The notes under the pieces are model-generated. The model did not search any database. It was given only the letters and a program-made list of their open reading frames with translations, and had not been told where the DNA came from. Source: Bacteroidota bacterium (GTDB taxonomy: Bacteria > Bacteroidota > Bacteroidia > Bacteroidales > UBA1402). From it: 35,367 nucleotides of DNA. Numbering within the stretch: the stretch's first letter is position 1; each line of letters begins with the position of its first letter. Below, piece by piece: positions 11,301 to 19,905 of the stretch. The stretch spans positions 1-35,367 of the forward strand of contig JAUZOU010000003.1 in assembly GCA_030706285.1 (NCBI GenBank). Reading direction: 5' to 3'. The position numbers and the translations under genes are program-made.

Positions 11301-12912
11301 ATCGCTGCGCCAACTGTGTCTGCAGGTCCGAAAGATAGAGGTCCTGCAAATCGCCGGGCTTTTCCGCGTAACTGTTCTCACCGAGGCAAAGCACCACGGC
11401 ATCGACGGAAGCGGCAGCTTTGACGGCTTCATCCATGTTATCTACCGTTTCCTCCCAATACTTGCCACCTTCCACATAACGGACGCCCGGCACGTAGGTC
11501 ACCCTGTCGCTCCCGAATGTCTGTTGCAACGCTTCGAGTATGGTATGATAGGGTTCCGTAAAACGGGGCGCTTTCTCACCTTGCCAAGAGTAGGACCAAC
11601 CGCCGTTGAGGGCACGCATGGAATGGGCATTCGGACCGGTCACCAACAAACGAATCCCTTTTTTGAACGGCAGCACACCATCCTCGTTTTTTAAAAGCGT
11701 AATGGCTTCTGCTGCGGTTTCACGGGCTTTCGCCTGATGGGCAGCACTGGCAAATTCCGGATAATCCTTTCGGTCATCCCAAGCCTTGTCAAAAAGGCCA
11801 AGCCGCTGTTTTAGCTTCAGTATACGCCGTACGGCATCGTCGATACGCGTCATGGAGACACTTCCTTCGTTGACTAGTTCGATCAGATCGTCACAGAACC
11901 GGAAGTCGTAGGGTATCATGGACATGTCAATCCCTGCATTGACGGCCAAACGGACAGCATCCTTGCGAGAGGAAGCCACGCGATCTCTCCGGTAAAGATT
12001 CTCAATATCGTTCCAATCGGTGACGACCACCCCTTCAAATTTCAGCTCATTTTTGAGCAAATCAGTTATGATGCGTTTGCTGGCATGAACCGGTTCACCA
12101 TTGATAAGGCCGGAATTGACCATAATGGAAGAAAGACCGGCATCGACAGCCGCTTGAAAAGGAGGCAAGTGATATTCCCTAAGTACAGGATCCGGAATGC
12201 TGGCCGGAGTCCGGTCTTTGCCCGAAACCGGCACAGAATATCCCAGATAATGCTTGGCACATGCCGCCAGATGCAGACCGTCGATGTCAGGTCCCTTCGA
12301 GCCCTGATAACCGTGTACCATTTCGGTACCCAAAGCTGACACCAAGTACGGATCTTCCCCGAAAGTCTCCCACAGACGAGGCCAGCGGGGATCCACTCCA
12401 AGATCCAATACCGGTGAAAAGTTCCAGGGTAAGGAACATGCACGGGTTTCATAGGCAGACATTTCAGCGCAAGCTCTCACTAACTGACGGTTAAAAGTGG
12501 CCGCCTGTGCTATTTGTTGTGGAAACATCGTCGCACCTTTAGTATAGGTCGCCCCATGGATGGCGTCGACCCCATAGATCAACGGAATTGTCAACGGTGT
12601 CTTCCGTGTCTGTTGTTGAAGTAATTTCACCATCCGGTTCCATTCTTCCGGGCTATGGGCCACATTGTCCCATGTGTTCAGCACCGATCCGATGCGATAG
12701 TCCACGATGCCTTTTCTGATCATGGAATCAACCGGCTGATAAGTTTTCTGGTCCACAAAAACATCAATGGTCACCTGAGCCATCTGTCCGACCTTTTCCT
12801 GCAGACTCATCCGTTTCAGCAACGCCTCAACATCCACTGATTGCTGAGCAGACACCATAATGGGCGTCCATAGAACCGCCAACAAGGAGAGCATATGAAT
12901 AGGGTTTTTCAT
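8335..12912 (-). CDS. Trimodular glycoside hydrolase: GH3 (+Fn3-like) - GH5_7 - GH26, Sec signal peptide
   Basis: GH3 at about aa 25-755 (GVDAIHG, ETFGEDP, KHY, VVTDW, PSGKLP). GH5_7 at about aa 765-1165 (GANFWY, WEIGNEPR, LEEFG). GH26 at about aa 1170-1520 (FGHQDD, RMYHEMSGTWFWWG, YYPGD, LAETG). One continuous ORF. Confidence 0.92.
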   Translation of the reverse strand: MKNPIHMLSLLAVLWTPIMVSAQQSVDVEALLKRMSLQEKVGQMAQVTIDVFVDQKTYQPVDSMIRKGIVDYRIGSVLNTWDNVAHSPEEWNRMVKLLQQQTRKTPLTIPLIYGVDAIHGATYTKGATMFPQQIAQAATFNRQLVRACAEMSAYETRACSLPWNFSPVLDLGVDPRWPRLWETFGEDPYLVSALGTEMVHGYQGSKGPDIDGLHLAACAKHYLGYSVPVSGKDRTPASIPDPVLREYHLPPFQAAVDAGLSSIMVNSGLINGEPVHASKRIITDLLKNELKFEGVVVTDWNDIENLYRRDRVASSRKDAVRLAVNAGIDMSMIPYDFRFCDDLIELVNEGSVSMTRIDDAVRRILKLKQRLGLFDKAWDDRKDYPEFASAAHQAKARETAAEAITLLKNEDGVLPFKKGIRLLVTGPNAHSMRALNGGWSYSWQGEKAPRFTEPYHTILEALQQTFGSDRVTYVPGVRYVEGGKYWEETVDNMDEAVKAAASVDAVVLCLGENSYAEKPGDLQDLYLSDLQTQLAQRLVATGKPIVLVLNEGRPRIISRFEKDMKAVLMTYLPGNYGADALADLLCGAVNPSGKLPFNYPRYPQSLIPDWHKYAEEQLKAEGMYNYESDYSPQWEFGTGLSYTSFRYDRLRLSSTTVRAGDNLEVSVDVTNTGKLQGKEAVLLYLSDLVASLAPDKRRLKGFDKISLNSGETKTVTFTLTPKEMSFIDSENRQTLEPGDFEVRTGSLIARFTVIASENDAKKPQGIVQKQGCHFVINGRPYRFIGANFWYGAILGSPGRGGDRVRLLRELDLMKANGITNLRVLIGADGPNGVPTKVEPTLQLKPGVYNDSIFDGLDFLLSELGKRDMKAVLFFTNAWEWSGGYGQYLEWAGKGKAPIPNIDGWPAYLNFVKQYAFCDSCTELLKHHIRHVLERQNCYNGRKYTEDPAIFAWEIGNEPRAFSEEGKPAFSRWLRDISAYIKSLDCHHLVTIGTEGKHGCEEDLKLFEETHADPNIDYLVMHIWPKNWSWLDVKDIPGSLGKSVDSTVAYMEEHEAVARKLQKPIVLEEFGFPRDHHRYEPTDGTVCRDAYYQSAFERILRSSATDGVLAGCNIWAWGGFGRPRHLYWQPGDDYLGDPAQEEQGLNSVFNVDQTVPLIKKYASLLSKEPVIADSLATDRTKALFANLRKSLGKGILFGHQDDPAYGHNWFNESGRSDVKETAGDYPAVVGWELGGLDVGAGRNLDSVAFTDMRRLMREVYDRGSVNTVSFHAFNIATGKDAWDCAQDTVVRSILPGGVHHEAYLKRLDRLADFFFSLKAADGKPIPVIFRMYHEMSGTWFWWGSRQCTPEEYKALYRMTEAYLRDVRQVHQLLYAFSPNDVKEEADFLTYYPGDKWVDVVGFDFYLHWDKTDRSVADYRQRMSEGLRTVTDYARKTGKIPVLAETGLEGILIPDFYTNVLAPLIEPFDISYILLWRNAYAASLKHHFYVPYAGHPAANDFKRFTQSRKIWLSEDLPDLYSTADIQY

Positions 12913-12918
12913 AACAAC

Positions 12919-14670
12919 TTACATTCCGAGTTTCTTTTTGAAAAAATCCATGTGCAGATCGTTCCATTCCACCGGGGTTCCGTGTCCCTGTTCACGGTAT
13001 ATCCGGTACTGTTTTTCCGATCGGATCAGATTATAACCGACAAAATTGGTGTGATTCGGACAAACCTCATCCTGCAATCCGGCAGCCATCAATATGGGAC
13101 ACTGGATCCATCCGGCCAGGTTCTTGATGTCGAAGTAGGTCAGTATGTCGTATACCTGTTCCCAAGTCTTGTCCGGATGAAGGGCGAGATAGGTTTCGAA
13201 GGCGCTGCGGGGCCAGCTCACAATCCGGAAATAGTCGCGGTAATCGGACAGGAACGGTACGGCCGGAGCAGCAGCCTTGATGCGATGGTCCAGAGCACAG
13301 GCAGCCAACGTGAAGGCTCCACCTTGGCTTCCACCTTCGGCAACAATCCGATCGGCGTCCACTTCAGGACGAGAAACTAGGAAATCCACTCCACGCACCA
13401 GATCCATGAAGGCTCCACGGTAGTAGTAGTTTTCCTTGCTATCCAGCCCCCAAATGAGCCAATCGCCCCAGAAATCTTTCTGGATGGCCTTCTGGATACC
13501 CTGCCCACGCACGGAAAGCACAAAGCTGGCAAAGCCGGGTTCACCGTCGGTGAGCGGATACCAAGGTTCGGAACCATACCCCATATAATAGATGATGGCC
13601 GGATACTTGCCGGGAGTCTTGGGCACAGCGTAAAAGCCTTCGATGGTGAGCTCCCCGAACGACTTCATCCACACATGATAGATGTTTCGGGCACCGGTGG
13701 ACCGTTCCGGAATGAGTTCCATCCGGTATTCCGGATTCACTTTTTTCAGTTCGACCAGCGATTGCTTCCAGAAGGCTTCAAAATCGGGCTTGGCATCGAC
13801 GGGAGAGACAATTTTTTCAGGTTCGTATCCGATGTTGAATTTTTCGACGTTGCCGATGACCCCCTCTTTCTCAACAAACAGGGTACAGCGGTAAAAACCG
13901 GGAGTGGGCAAATGGAAAGGCACGTTGGCGGAAAGACTGGCTCCTGGTTTCAGCGTAAAGGACCGGACGATACTGTCCACCGGTGCATACATGTCGGTCT
14001 TCAGCACCAGCACCACATTGAATCTGGCATTCTCCCGAACCGTATTTTTCAACGACAACGTCATTTCCTGTTTTTGGCCCTGCATGAATACCCATTGGTC
14101 GGCCGGAAAATCCCATTGCAGCTTGATGGCATCTGTAACACCCAAAGGACGCACCAGCGTATGGTCCGTTATCAGGCCGCCCCCTCCTACTCCGTCGTAG
14201 ACACGAACAGCCATGACATTGGGCCGGCCGAAAAGGACATAGCCGGCAGGGACGACATACACTCGCTTCTGACCGTATTTGCTGACATATTCCGGCGGCA
14301 TTCCACCCGTTACTCCGATGCGACGGCCATTGAAATAAAATTCATCGGCATCGTCCGCATTCGTATACCGTATCATGATGCCACCATATTTCTGAACCTG
14401 TGCTTTCAACGTCTCAGGCAAGACGACTTGCTTACGGTACCAACCGAAACCGTCCCGGTCTGGAAAGCCTTGGTCCTCCCAACATTTGGAGGAGCTGATG
14501 ACCTTCCATTCACGATCGTCCAAACTGGGAGAAGCGCCATCCGGCTGGTCACCGATGGCGAACTTCCATTGGTCGTCAAGCACCAGTTCGGAAAATTGTG
14601 CCTGCGCTTCCAACGTCTTTCCGACATTAAGCAAACAGACGAAAGAAAGTAGTATGAGCATTCGTTTCAT
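12919..14670 (-). CDS. CE7 acetyl esterase with an N-terminal jelly-roll (GH2_N/galactose-binding-like) domain
   Basis: CE7 hallmarks RGQ, GGSQGG (Ser), GLQDEVCP (Asp) and EQGH (His). The N-terminal WKF..GD...DD.EW...GWYRK...DDADEFYFNG..IG...N..AVRVYD domain is extra. Likely start ATG 14670 (MKRML). Confidence 0.88.
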   Translation of the reverse strand: MKRMLILLSFVCLLNVGKTLEAQAQFSELVLDDQWKFAIGDQPDGASPSLDDREWKVISSSKCWEDQGFPDRDGFGWYRKQVVLPETLKAQVQKYGGIMIRYTNADDADEFYFNGRRIGVTGGMPPEYVSKYGQKRVYVVPAGYVLFGRPNVMAVRVYDGVGGGGLITDHTLVRPLGVTDAIKLQWDFPADQWVFMQGQKQEMTLSLKNTVRENARFNVVLVLKTDMYAPVDSIVRSFTLKPGASLSANVPFHLPTPGFYRCTLFVEKEGVIGNVEKFNIGYEPEKIVSPVDAKPDFEAFWKQSLVELKKVNPEYRMELIPERSTGARNIYHVWMKSFGELTIEGFYAVPKTPGKYPAIIYYMGYGSEPWYPLTDGEPGFASFVLSVRGQGIQKAIQKDFWGDWLIWGLDSKENYYYRGAFMDLVRGVDFLVSRPEVDADRIVAEGGSQGGAFTLAACALDHRIKAAAPAVPFLSDYRDYFRIVSWPRSAFETYLALHPDKTWEQVYDILTYFDIKNLAGWIQCPILMAAGLQDEVCPNHTNFVGYNLIRSEKQYRIYREQGHGTPVEWNDLHMDFFKKKLGM

Positions 14671-14677
14671 AGCTGAC

Positions 14678-16411
14678 TTATTTAAGATTGGGCATTTGAT
14701 CACGAGTCACCACATAATCGTAGCTGAAGAACTTGTTCCACCAAGCCGCGCCGTTATGGCTGTCCGACTCCGTGTAATAGCCGTTCCATGGCATAAAGTA
14801 CGACCACATGTCACCATAGGCTTTCATGGACGCCGGATCAGGCACGGAACCACATTCGCTGAGCGTGATCAGCTTTCTGCCTCCGAATAGTTTCCGGATC
14901 CGGTTAAAAGAATAATACTGTGAACCGTGTTGATTTTCACCGGGATAGATATCCATACCGATCAAGTCTACATACTCGTCACCCGGATACCAATCGACAG
15001 TAGAAGCATTCGCATCACTAGTCCAGACCCAAATCAGATTGTTGAGGCCATGCACGTTGGTGAAGCGATTGAACATTAGTTTCCATAATGTCTTGAAGGG
15101 AACCGGACCTTTGGCACCCCACCAGAACCAGGTACCAGATGCCTCGTGCAACGGCCGCCAGAGCACCGGTATGCCGGCATCGCGAAATTGTTTCAGGTAA
15201 CCGGCTATCACATCAAGGTCAACGATCATAGCCTGGTACTCATTGGACGTCGTATCCGTCACATTGGACACGTCGAACGTGGTTCCGGATGGCTTCGAAG
15301 AGGAATACGTGTACATCGAACCCGATTTGGTGAGCGGATCGCGCCAATGCCACATCAGCGCTACCAGGCCGTTGTTGTTCCACCAGTCGGCGCCCAGCGT
15401 GAATGGAGCGGAATAGTTCACCCAATTCTGGTTCGGATTGGTATGGTCAACGAAGTCGAAGCAAGTCAGCGCCGGCCATTTGCCGGTATGCTCATGTACC
15501 CAAGTGGCTTCCGTAATATTGGTGCTGTATGCCGCCATCGTCCCAGAAAGTACCTTGCTCCCAAAATTTCCCTTCAGAAAATCGTAGACTCGAACAGCCT
15601 GTGACGATGGATTCGGGGTGACCAACGATGCGGCAATCCGGAAGGGAGTCAATCCGGCTGAGTCGTAGGCCAACGTCACGTAATCATAGTTGGTCCACCC
15701 CCAGTTCTTGACCAATGACAAACTATGGACGCCGGCGGTGAGGTAGATCTCACCCGCAGAAAGGGTCGTCCAGAAAGACACCGCCTCAAAGGACAATGTG
15801 CAGATCAAACCATCATCCACATACAGATCGTTTTGCTTTGCACTGGACATGGTATGGTAGCGCACCGTCAACCGATAATAGCCGTCTTGGTCAGCCTGGA
15901 CGCTAAAGGTCACATTCCCGTCTCCTGAGCTGACGTATCCAGTTCCGGAATAGCCGTTCAGGCTGGTTGCGACAGCGGCAGAGCCTGTCAACGTCGCCTT
16001 TTCCGCTTCAAACACAGTTCCTTCCGGAGCAATGCCTTTGACGGTCTTGAACGGCAGTAAAAGGCTTTTGTTGTAATTTCCGGCATCGTCGTAAAGAGTT
16101 CCGGCCGGAATTTCAAGGATATACGAAGTGTTGCCCGTCAACTCCGTGTCGATGGTCAGCTTTTGGTAAGAAAGTGCCGCCTTCACGACCTTTCCGTTTA
16201 GGGTAATCTGAGGATTGTCTATAAGATAAAATTTTTCGGAGAATTTCAATTCCAGGATCGTGCCTAAGGCTACGGCTGTGTCGCCCGGTTCCGGTGTACT
16301 GCTCGTCAAGGCTGGGCCCTCTTTGTCGCCGTCATTTTCAGGCTTGCAGTTGGTTAAAAAGAGCACCAAAACAAACAGGAAACCCCATCGGAAGGCTTGT
16401 TTTTTGAACAT
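14678..16411 (-). CDS. Lipoprotein endo-beta-mannanase: Ig-like (Big_5-like) - CBM35-like - GH26
   Basis: Lipobox LTNC. Ig-like ELKFSE...Y.LEIP. CBM-like FEAEKA..GYSGTGYV..NWGW..YDY. GH26 motifs WHWR, WRPLHEASGTWFWWG, WYPGD and LSECG. Likely start ATG 16411. Confidence 0.9.
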   Translation of the reverse strand: MFKKQAFRWGFLFVLVLFLTNCKPENDGDKEGPALTSSTPEPGDTAVALGTILELKFSEKFYLIDNPQITLNGKVVKAALSYQKLTIDTELTGNTSYILEIPAGTLYDDAGNYNKSLLLPFKTVKGIAPEGTVFEAEKATLTGSAAVATSLNGYSGTGYVSSGDGNVTFSVQADQDGYYRLTVRYHTMSSAKQNDLYVDDGLICTLSFEAVSFWTTLSAGEIYLTAGVHSLSLVKNWGWTNYDYVTLAYDSAGLTPFRIAASLVTPNPSSQAVRVYDFLKGNFGSKVLSGTMAAYSTNITEATWVHEHTGKWPALTCFDFVDHTNPNQNWVNYSAPFTLGADWWNNNGLVALMWHWRDPLTKSGSMYTYSSSKPSGTTFDVSNVTDTTSNEYQAMIVDLDVIAGYLKQFRDAGIPVLWRPLHEASGTWFWWGAKGPVPFKTLWKLMFNRFTNVHGLNNLIWVWTSDANASTVDWYPGDEYVDLIGMDIYPGENQHGSQYYSFNRIRKLFGGRKLITLSECGSVPDPASMKAYGDMWSYFMPWNGYYTESDSHNGAAWWNKFFSYDYVVTRDQMPNLK

Positions 16412-16450
16412 AAAGGAATTGAATGAAAAAATGATAAACGAATCCTTTTC

Positions 16451-16485
16451 GAATGAGGAGCGTTCCGAAGAACAACTCCCCATTC
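16451..16485 (-). other. Intergenic RNA hairpin with cUUCGg tetraloop
   Basis: The mRNA-strand sequence GAAUGGGGAGUUGUUC-UUCG-GAACGCUCCUCAUUC forms about 15 bp including two G-U pairs and one bulge. No U-tract follows directly. Confidence 0.7.
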
Positions 16486-16524
16486 TTTACTAACCTAAGT
16501 ATAGAACTAAAAAATAAAAGGCTT

Positions 16525-18633
16525 TTATTTCGGATCAAAGCGCATGTTGTCAAAACACAGCCCTGCAAAATCCGTTCCGGCATCCGAAGAATTCAGGACG
16601 ATACCAAAATTACCGCTGCTAAGGGTCGGATTCGAAAGCTTTCCGGCTATAGGTATGGTTAATGTAGCCCATTCTCCACCTGTCGTGATGTAGTCTCCAT
16701 TGACGATAAGCTGAGAAGAAAGGGTCTCGCCGCCGATCATGAACTGAAACTCATAATTGCCCGTGATCTTGATGGGCGTCGTTGTCTTGATATCCACTTT
16801 GAACACATAATTGTCAGAGTTTACGGAAGGCCAGCCACCGTTCGGATCAGGATGGTTGCATCCAAGCACCCACCAACCCGGATGTGAGACCAAAACGATA
16901 TAGCCAAGGGCCTTACAAGCGGCAGCATCATATGAACTGCCCCAGTTATCCCAATCGACAGCGTGCCAATCGGTGGTACGTACGTTGAAATCATAAATCA
17001 TCTTGGTGTCAGCCGTTATCGGATCCGTACCGGACACGGTAAATTCCGGAGAAACGACTTCGCTCCCGTCATACGCTTTCAACGTCAAGGTAACCTTGCC
17101 GTTTTTCGCATTCGTCGGGACATACACTTCCAGTTTGGTAGAGGTACGGTCACCATAGTCGGTTGCTGTGACGCCATTCTGGAATACGACATCCCTGACC
17201 AGATGGAGCTTGGTGCCGGTGATGGTCAACAATGCTCCAGGTTTGACAATAAATGTGATGCTAGTAATAACGGGTTTGTTGGCTGCCGAGAGCGTCAATT
17301 CGTCGGTCGATTCCACCAGATCTCCGTTCTTTGCGACCAAGGTGATCTTGCCGGAAACGGCCGCTGTCGGAGTCGTCACTGTCAGTGAGGTAGAAGAGGC
17401 CGGAATCGCGTCAACGGAAAGGCCACCGCCAAATATGACTTGCTTGACAAGGTCCAGATTAGTACCGGTGATGGTAATATCACCTCCCGCGGTCAAAGAA
17501 AGCGGAGCAATAGTTGCAATGGCCGGCTTAATAAAGGTCAGGTTGGCACTTTCAGCCGTTTGACCGGATTTGGTACTGAGGACGACTTTGCCCTCAACCG
17601 CTGTTTCGGGAACCGTGACACTAATGGAAGTGGCTGTCTGAGTCGTGATGTTTCCCGTTTTACTTCCGCCGAACGTCACGGTAGTGGCCAGATCGAGGTC
17701 TGTACCGGTGATCGTCAGCGTTTGTCCGCTCTTGACCGGATTCGGAGCTATGCCAGTGATGACGGGAGCCACTAGTTTCAGATCTTCTGATGATTGTACT
17801 TCCACTTGAGAATAAGCCACCAGCTTGAACCTTCCCACTTTGGCAGCAGCCGGGACCTTCACCGTGAACGACGTGTTCGACCTGGAAACAAAAGTCGAAT
17901 CCACCAGGTTGTCTGCGAAAATCACCGATTTGATCAGCTGAAAATCGGTACCAGATACCGTCAGGTTCTCACCCGGTTTTACAGGATTGGGGCTCATGCC
18001 GGTCAAGGCCGGCAGCGTAACGGCGACGATCGTGTCTGAATAGACCAGAATGGGTATTTCCTGCCCATTGGAAATGATAATCTTGCCGCTCTGTGCTTCC
18101 TTGGGCACCGTCACCTTGATCTGGTAGCGGGTCTGGCTGTTGAAACTGGAGCTATCTACAACGATGTTGTCGTTGAAAATCACCTGTTTGATGAGGTTCA
18201 GATAATCACCATTGATCGTAAACTCATCACCGGCCTTGATGGTAAGTGGGGTAATACTGCCAATGGAGATTGGCTCGGAAAACGATAAATCGGTCTTTGT
18301 CAAAATATCCCCGTCGGGGGTTTTCAACGTGATTTTGCCAGGCTTGGCATCCTGCGGAATCACAATCTTGATCGTGGTAGGACTGATGACTGTGATGACC
18401 GTCACTTCGATGTTTTCGGGTAGAATAATGGCCGTCACCTTGTCCAGGTTCAAGCCGATGAATTCCAATTCTCCTCCGCGCAAAGCCGGACTCGGACCGA
18501 ACACCTTGAGCTCCACTTTCTCGGAAGCTTCATTCGTGGTATCGCACGATGTGAGGGTCAAACTGCCCAGCAAGAGGCAAGCCATGAGACCTGCCGTCAT
18601 ATATTTCAAAAATAGTTTTCGCATAATGGTCAT
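16525..18633 (-). CDS. Surface glycan-binding lipoprotein with six IPT/TIG repeats and a C-terminal binding domain
   Basis: Lipobox LTSC. Six ~83-aa repeats with a core like T(I/V)xGx(D/N)LxL..V.F. Trp-rich C-terminal domain ending CFDNMRF. Second gene after susD. Confidence 0.85.
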   Translation of the reverse strand: MTIMRKLFLKYMTAGLMACLLLGSLTLTSCDTTNEASEKVELKVFGPSPALRGGELEFIGLNLDKVTAIILPENIEVTVITVISPTTIKIVIPQDAKPGKITLKTPDGDILTKTDLSFSEPISIGSITPLTIKAGDEFTINGDYLNLIKQVIFNDNIVVDSSSFNSQTRYQIKVTVPKEAQSGKIIISNGQEIPILVYSDTIVAVTLPALTGMSPNPVKPGENLTVSGTDFQLIKSVIFADNLVDSTFVSRSNTSFTVKVPAAAKVGRFKLVAYSQVEVQSSEDLKLVAPVITGIAPNPVKSGQTLTITGTDLDLATTVTFGGSKTGNITTQTATSISVTVPETAVEGKVVLSTKSGQTAESANLTFIKPAIATIAPLSLTAGGDITITGTNLDLVKQVIFGGGLSVDAIPASSTSLTVTTPTAAVSGKITLVAKNGDLVESTDELTLSAANKPVITSITFIVKPGALLTITGTKLHLVRDVVFQNGVTATDYGDRTSTKLEVYVPTNAKNGKVTLTLKAYDGSEVVSPEFTVSGTDPITADTKMIYDFNVRTTDWHAVDWDNWGSSYDAAACKALGYIVLVSHPGWWVLGCNHPDPNGGWPSVNSDNYVFKVDIKTTTPIKITGNYEFQFMIGGETLSSQLIVNGDYITTGGEWATLTIPIAGKLSNPTLSSGNFGIVLNSSDAGTDFAGLCFDNMRFDPK

Positions 18634-18642
18634 TGTTTAAGG

Positions 18643-19881
18643 TTATTCAGCAGGTACCACACGAATGTTGTCAATGCAGATGTTCGGGGTACAGTCCGTA
18701 CCTTTCACACCACCATTGAAAACGAAGAAGGTCAAACCGCCGCAATTTCCGGCCGTGAGTTTACCGACTTCTGCTCCAGAAGCATTATACTTGAAATTTT
18801 TGAGAGGAATGGATACGGTGATCCAACCATTCGTCGTATAAGAGCCAGATCCTTCCCACGGGATCCATAGGCCTCTCGGATAAGTGGCATCTCCGACGTA
18901 ACCGTTCGTACCGGAAGTACTCCAAGACGTAAAAATCATCTGGAGGGCTCCGGCAGACCAGGCCTGCGTCACATTCACCTCAAATTTCAGTACGGCATTT
19001 TCCACCGGAATGGAGAAAAGGTCTCCTTCCGGACGTCCGTTGGATGTCCCCCATAGGTTGAAAGCAAAAGCATCCTCATTCCAGGTTTCACCGGCACCAC
19101 CTTTCATCGTTCCTGTAAAGCGTACGTAGTTTCCGGTGATGCCCGTCGGATTGGTATTGGCAATGACACCGCTACGCCAACCACCTGAGGCATTGGTATT
19201 GTCCCAATCCAAAATCATTCCTCTGGAATCACGGAAACGGAAGGTAGAACGCGTGGAGCCATAACGGCTTTTCATGGTGATGGGGCCTTCGGTAGCGGCA
19301 GCCGGAACCTTGACGTTCAGTTGGGTTAACGTGTAAGACACGACTTCCGCCTTGATGTTGGGAGTAAAATAAACTTCCGGCACGTCAGAACCTGCTACGG
19401 AAAGGAAGTAATTGCCATTGATGGTGATGATATCTCCTGCATTGGCATATTCACACGTCAGGGTATTCAAGATCGGAGAAGGAACATCCACACCAAAATG
19501 ATAGGTCACGGTATCCTTATTCTTGTTGATCAGATAGATCTTGTTCGTCACATTGGTCGGGATGGTACTGGGTACGCTCAAAATCAAGACATCCGATTTG
19601 ATGAGACTGGAATTGAGTGTAGCCTGCACGTTGTTAAACCAAACTTCCTTCACACTGGTCATATTTTCACCAATGAGCGCAATAGTGGTTCCCATGAAAG
19701 CATGTGTCAACAGAGAATCGGAACTGAGAGCATCGGGCAGGCGGATATAATCCACCGTTGGTTCGCCACCCGTAATGACATATTCATCCGGATTATCGTC
19801 GCAAGCAGGCAAAGCGAATAACGTCAGCAAAGCCATCGCAGAAGCAACGATTTTCATGGTTGATTTCAATATATTTTTCAT
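18643..19881 (-). CDS. SusE-positioned surface glycan-binding lipoprotein (SGBP-B-like)
   Basis: Lipobox LPAC-DDNPDE. Two Ig/IPT-like domains, then a Trp-rich domain (LKFEVNV, GWITVSIPL, IDNIRVVP). Directly after susD. Confidence 0.85.
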   Translation of the reverse strand: MKNILKSTMKIVASAMALLTLFALPACDDNPDEYVITGGEPTVDYIRLPDALSSDSLLTHAFMGTTIALIGENMTSVKEVWFNNVQATLNSSLIKSDVLILSVPSTIPTNVTNKIYLINKNKDTVTYHFGVDVPSPILNTLTCEYANAGDIITINGNYFLSVAGSDVPEVYFTPNIKAEVVSYTLTQLNVKVPAAATEGPITMKSRYGSTRSTFRFRDSRGMILDWDNTNASGGWRSGVIANTNPTGITGNYVRFTGTMKGGAGETWNEDAFAFNLWGTSNGRPEGDLFSIPVENAVLKFEVNVTQAWSAGALQMIFTSWSTSGTNGYVGDATYPRGLWIPWEGSGSYTTNGWITVSIPLKNFKYNASGAEVGKLTAGNCGGLTFFVFNGGVKGTDCTPNICIDNIRVVPAE

Positions 19882-19905
19882 ATGATCGTATTTAATTTTT
19901 TTACA

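Noticed and set aside
13675-14652. 325-aa plus-strand ORF
   Set aside because: Lies wholly antisense to the CE7 gene and has shadow-like composition.
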